Positions 60,570 through 64,000 of a stretch of DNA of 64,000 bases are shown in pieces. The stretch spans positions 2,964 through 66,963 of the forward strand of contig JABHRC010000039.1 in assembly GCA_018670435.1 (NCBI GenBank), given 5' to 3'. Position numbers and translations under genes: made by a program. The notes under the pieces were generated by a model. That model did no database searches. It was not told the origin of the DNA and saw nothing but the letters and a program-made list of their open reading frames with translations. The stretch comes from Gammaproteobacteria bacterium. GTDB taxonomy: Bacteria; Pseudomonadota; Gammaproteobacteria; GCA-002705445; GCA-002716945. The stretch's first letter is position 1, and every line of letters begins with the position of its first letter.

Positions 60570-60911
60570 TCAAAGAGTATACAAGTACTCTATTATCTTG
60601 TTAATTTCAGTTTTAGTTATAGCACCATGCTTTCCAAATGGAGGCATAAATGAATTTGGGTTAGTTTCAGTTGGATCCCAAATTTGATTAAATAAGACTT
60701 CCCTGTCAGGAAATCTTGCCTTCATTGCTATCAATGGAGGACCATTATTACCAGCTAGCTCACCATCATCTATCATATGACAGGCCAAGCAATTACCTTT
60801 TTTTCTATCAAAAGCTAATTTTTTACCTTCCTCTATATCTCCAGAGTAAGCATTGCTCTCAAGAAATAATGTGAGTACCAAGGTAGCAGCTATAATATAT
60901 ATATTTTTCAT
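60570..60911 (-). CDS. soxX: Sulfur oxidation monohaem cytochrome c SoxX.
   Basis: Signal peptide and the haem motif CLACH. Small size, and first gene of the soxXYZA operon. Confidence 0.7.
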   Translation of the reverse strand: MKNIYIIAATLVLTLFLESNAYSGDIEEGKKLAFDRKKGNCLACHMIDDGELAGNNGPPLIAMKARFPDREVLFNQIWDPTETNPNSFMPPFGKHGAITKTEINKIIEYLYTL

Positions 60912-60983
60912 AATTCTCTAAGTACATTATGGTACCAATCTACTCGTACATTATAGTACCGATCTATCCATAAAAAAACTACT

Positions 60984-62441
60984 TTAATTACAAGTTTTTT
61001 CACCAAATATTGGCTCTAGTGGCCTAGGATTACTACAAATAATATTCAGTTTTTTAGCTTCAAGTATTCTTTTTTGTTCAATATTTATAGTATTAGATCT
61101 GATCGTGTTATCTAGCACCTCTAATGACATATTCACATCATCTAAGAGTTGATAGTAATTTGCTCTTGATATAGCAGCTTTAAAATCGCTATTCTTCAAC
61201 ATATAAAGTTTTGAAGATATTCTAAGATAATTAGGGTTTAAGTTATAGTGTAACTTTAGAGGTTCTAGAAGCCTCTCAGCATAATTTAAATTTAAGTTAT
61301 TCTCAATTAATATCTCAGCAATCGCAAAAGATATGACACTATTTAGCGGATAAATATTTTTTACTTTATTTAAAACATTTAAAGCCTCATCTATTCTATC
61401 TAGACCGATCAATATATTTGCATATGCAATTGATATATATAGATTATTTGAATTTAATTTATAGATTGGTAATATCGTATCATATGCATTTTTGTAATCA
61501 GATCTTTTATAGTATAGAAGAGCTAATTTATGAAGACTATACTTGTCACTATTAGTAAGTAACTTTATATTTTTACTTATGTCACTAATTAGGGATACAT
61601 GAAGAATATTTTTAACATAAATGTAATCATCTGTACTATTCTTCATGGGCTTGATTTGTACGGATGATCTATTCTGTATATTGGCAATTCGGTTTTCATA
61701 CATTGGGTGAGTTGATAAATACTCTAAGTTCCTTGATATTTCCCCTGTGGAATTTTCCATTTTGTCAAAAAAACTTGCCATCTCTGATAAATCATAATTT
61801 GACTTGTACATTATTTCTACACCATAGTCATCGGCTTCTATTTCGTTTGACCTAATTAAATTAACATTTCTTTGTGCAGATAAACCGATACCTGCTTTCA
61901 GAGCAGCCATAGATGCTTGAGCATTACCTGCAAAAATACCAGCAATTATGCCAACCCACATTGGTATGTTACTCATGCTTGCATTCGCAATCATTTCTGC
62001 TGAATGCCTTAGTTTAATATGCGCAATCTCATGAGCCACTACGCCGGCCAACTGAGCTTCGTTTTCACTTAGAAGTATTAATCCTATGTTTAATCCTATA
62101 TAGCCACCTGGAACCGCAAAAGCATTTATTTGATCTGATTGCACCACAAAAAATTGATATTTCCTTGTTATGTCCATGGTGCTTCTTGATAAGCTGTTAC
62201 CTAAATAGTTAATATACGAGATTACCAGAGGATCATTGTTGATATAGCCATATTTCTGTAGTCTACGATATGTTGATATACCTATTATATCCTCTTGTTT
62301 AAGAGGGAGGCTCTGACTATATGGGTCGCCTAACTCGGGTATTTGATCTGTACTATGTGTAGGCGAGATAATTAAGCAAATCAATCCTATTGACAATAAA
62401 AAAGAGGTTGTATATTTTTTTATAATAACTAACATAGTCAA
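60984..62441 (-). CDS. bepA: Periplasmic M48-family zinc metalloprotease with C-terminal TPR repeats (BepA/YfgC-like).
   Basis: HEIAHIKLRH is the HExxH motif. Signal peptide and a TPR-like C-terminal half. 485 aa. Confidence 0.7.
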   Translation of the reverse strand: MTMLVIIKKYTTSFLLSIGLICLIISPTHSTDQIPELGDPYSQSLPLKQEDIIGISTYRRLQKYGYINNDPLVISYINYLGNSLSRSTMDITRKYQFFVVQSDQINAFAVPGGYIGLNIGLILLSENEAQLAGVVAHEIAHIKLRHSAEMIANASMSNIPMWVGIIAGIFAGNAQASMAALKAGIGLSAQRNVNLIRSNEIEADDYGVEIMYKSNYDLSEMASFFDKMENSTGEISRNLEYLSTHPMYENRIANIQNRSSVQIKPMKNSTDDYIYVKNILHVSLISDISKNIKLLTNSDKYSLHKLALLYYKRSDYKNAYDTILPIYKLNSNNLYISIAYANILIGLDRIDEALNVLNKVKNIYPLNSVISFAIAEILIENNLNLNYAERLLEPLKLHYNLNPNYLRISSKLYMLKNSDFKAAISRANYYQLLDDVNMSLEVLDNTIRSNTINIEQKRILEAKKLNIICSNPRPLEPIFGEKTCN

Positions 62442-62509
62442 TAGAACATTAATAAATTAGCATATGCTAATAAATGTTCATTTAACTATTATAACCTAAA
62501 GGTAAGTAC

Positions 62510-62740
62510 ATGTCAGATTTTGATAAAGAATTGGATACTAGCGGACTAAACTGTCCCTTGCCCATAATAAAAGCCAAGAAAGAAATCAATACAATGGATG
62601 CTGGGCAAATTTTAAAAATAATATCGACGGACCCTGGTGCAGTGAAAGATTTTGAATCATTTGCTAATCAAACAGGAAATGAGTTATTAAACACGGAAGA
62701 AAAAGATAACAAATTTTATTTTCTATTAAAAAAGAATTAG
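62510..62740 (+). CDS. tusA: TusA-family sulfurtransferase.
   Basis: LDTSGLNCPLPIIKAKK carries the CPxP active-site motif. 76 aa. Confidence 0.75.
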   Translation: MSDFDKELDTSGLNCPLPIIKAKKEINTMDAGQILKIISTDPGAVKDFESFANQTGNELLNTEEKDNKFYFLLKKN

Positions 62741-62744
62741 AGTT

Positions 62745-63362
62745 TTGTTTTATATTAATAAACTGTTGTTAATCACTGGTTTAGCAACAGTATTATTATT
62801 AGTAATAACTTATTATTTATTTTTTGAAATAACTAATCCAGAAGCAAATAACCTTGACTCCCATTATGATGCGATTGTTATACTATCCGGAAATCCAGAA
62901 AGAGCAGTAGTAGGTAGTAAATTATTTTTTGATAAAGATGCTGACTTTATATATCTAAGTAAGGAAAATAAAAAAATTAAAAATTATATTGATCCCTCTA
63001 ATGAGAAGAGGGTGTACGAGACATACATAAATATCCTCTTAAAAAATAATATCTCAAGAGGAAACATTATTTTATTTGGTACTAATAACAAAAGCACTTA
63101 TGATGAAGCAAAAAATTTTAGTAATATTAATTTATCCGGTATAAATAAAGTATTGATTGTTACCAATAAGTTTCACATTCATAGAGCTAAAATGATATTT
63201 AATGAATTCAAACAATCTGTTGAGATAGATTTTTTTTATGTCGATGATACTGATAACTGGAGTAGGGACAAGCAGAGTATAATGATGATTCTCTCAGAAA
63301 TTATGAAATGTTTCTTGTTTTATATATTTGATAATTTTGATGGTTACTTGTCACACCGATAA
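62745..63362 (+). CDS. DUF218 (YdcF/ElyC/SanA-family) membrane-anchored protein.
   Basis: N-terminal TM helix, AIVILSGNPERA, and LIVTNKFHIHRAKMIF (DUF218 signature). Confidence 0.5.
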   Translation: MFYINKLLLITGLATVLLLVITYYLFFEITNPEANNLDSHYDAIVILSGNPERAVVGSKLFFDKDADFIYLSKENKKIKNYIDPSNEKRVYETYINILLKNNISRGNIILFGTNNKSTYDEAKNFSNINLSGINKVLIVTNKFHIHRAKMIFNEFKQSVEIDFFYVDDTDNWSRDKQSIMMILSEIMKCFLFYIFDNFDGYLSHR

Positions 63363-63450
63363 TTACTATATATTAATGAAAACTATCAATAAATAATGAT
63401 GATTGGCTAAAAAAGATGTATTATAGACTGGTTATAAAATAAGGGAAATT

Positions 63451-64000
63451 ATGAAACTAAGTGGATCACAAATAATCATAGAATGCCTGAAGAAAGAAGG
63501 TGTCGAGTTTATTTTTGGATATCCAGGTGGTGCAGTCCTACATATATATGATGCATTGTTTGGTGATAAGAAAATTAAACATGTCTTGACAAGGCATGAA
63601 CAGGGCGCAACTCATGCGGCAGATGGATATGCTAGAGCATGCGGAAAACCCGGTGTTGTTTTGGTAACATCAGGCCCAGGTATAACCAATTGTGTTACTG
63701 GGCTGGCTACTGCTCACATGGACTCTGTTCCTATGATTATAATTTCGGGTCAAGTTTCGAGAGAATATGTTGGCAGTGATGCGTTTCAGGAAGCAGATGC
63801 AACAGGGATAACAAGACCTGTTACAAAACATAATTTTTTAGTGGATAGTAGAGAATCTATAGCTGAAGTTTTCAAGAAAGCTTTTATTATTGCAACAACA
63901 GGACGTCCTGGTCCTGTACTTATAGATATCCCTAAAGATTTAACTGACCCTAAGACTAAAATAAATTTTGAATATCCAAAAAAAGTTAAATTAAGGTCTT
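63451..64000 (+). CDS. ilvB: Acetolactate synthase large subunit. N-terminal part only; it continues beyond the window.
   Basis: Translation from ATG 63451 gives MKLSGSQIIIECLKKEGVEFIFGYPGGAVLHIYDAL...HEQGATHAADGYARA..GVVLVTSGPG.TN..TG.ATA.MDS.P, near-identical in pattern to IlvI/IlvB. Preceded by the RBS AAGGGA. Not in the ORF track because it is truncated by the window end. Confidence 0.8.
   Translation, partial: MKLSGSQIIIECLKKEGVEFIFGYPGGAVLHIYDALFGDKKIKHVLTRHEQGATHAADGYARACGKPGVVLVTSGPGITNCVTGLATAHMDSVPMIIISGQVSREYVGSDAFQEADATGITRPVTKHNFLVDSRESIAEVFKKAFIIATTGRPGPVLIDIPKDLTDPKTKINFEYPKKVKLRS

Noticed and set aside
1-64000. Searched for CRISPR arrays, IS/transposase, integrase, toxin-antitoxin, restriction-modification or other defence-system signatures, and for tmRNA or SRP RNA.
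   Set aside because: None were found. There are no tandem direct-repeat arrays and no DDE/tyrosine-recombinase-like ORFs. Every ORF longer than 60 aa is accounted for by a housekeeping or metabolic family, or by a small unknown protein listed under findings.

Overview
This is an AT-rich chromosomal segment with tightly packed genes, many of them overlapping. The backbone gene order looks like that of a gammaproteobacterium (secA-argJ-mutT / zapD-coaE, yebC-ruvC, bamD-rluD-pgeF). I see three blocks. (1) Positions 1-16.6 kb hold a complete tetrahydromethanopterin (H4MPT)/methanofuran-dependent formaldehyde-oxidation module. It contains fae, mch, mtdB and fhcA/fhcB (homologues of formylmethanofuran dehydrogenase subunits FwdA/FwdB). 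It also carries a large set of cofactor-biosynthesis genes: beta-RFAP synthase, MfnB, a DHPS-like gene, a DmrB/AfpA-type flavoprotein, three ATP-grasp ligases, CitG-like, HisA-like, DUF447, pabB and mobA-like. (2) Positions 16.6-35.8 kb hold dusA plus a methyltransferase, the RNase P RNA gene (rnpB), and a dcw cell-division/cell-wall cluster with several departures from the canonical order: a J-domain mini-gene between mraZ and rsmH, ftsZ relocated between ftsL and ftsI, murB in the place of murC, ftsA abutting lpxC, and an ftsI 5' end with no canonical start codon. (3) Positions 35.8-64 kb are housekeeping: secA, argJ, a NUDIX-ThiE-like fusion, zapD, coaE, nadE, bamD, rluD, pgeF, an RND pump, a cytochrome c4 split into two monoheme genes, aspS, nadA, yebC-ruvC and queEC. 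This block ends in a sulfur-oxidation neighbourhood: a YeeE/TsuA-type transporter, tRNA-Lys, an alpha/beta hydrolase, a soxXYZA operon followed by an unknown lipoprotein, a BepA-like M48/TPR protease, tusA and DUF218. A partial acetolactate synthase gene starts at the window end. I found no transposase, integrase, CRISPR array or recognisable defence system. What I would flag is the H4MPT C1 module and Sox thiosulfate-oxidation genes sharing one contig, plus the dcw-cluster anomalies. All functional calls rest on motif and family recognition by eye, without database searches.
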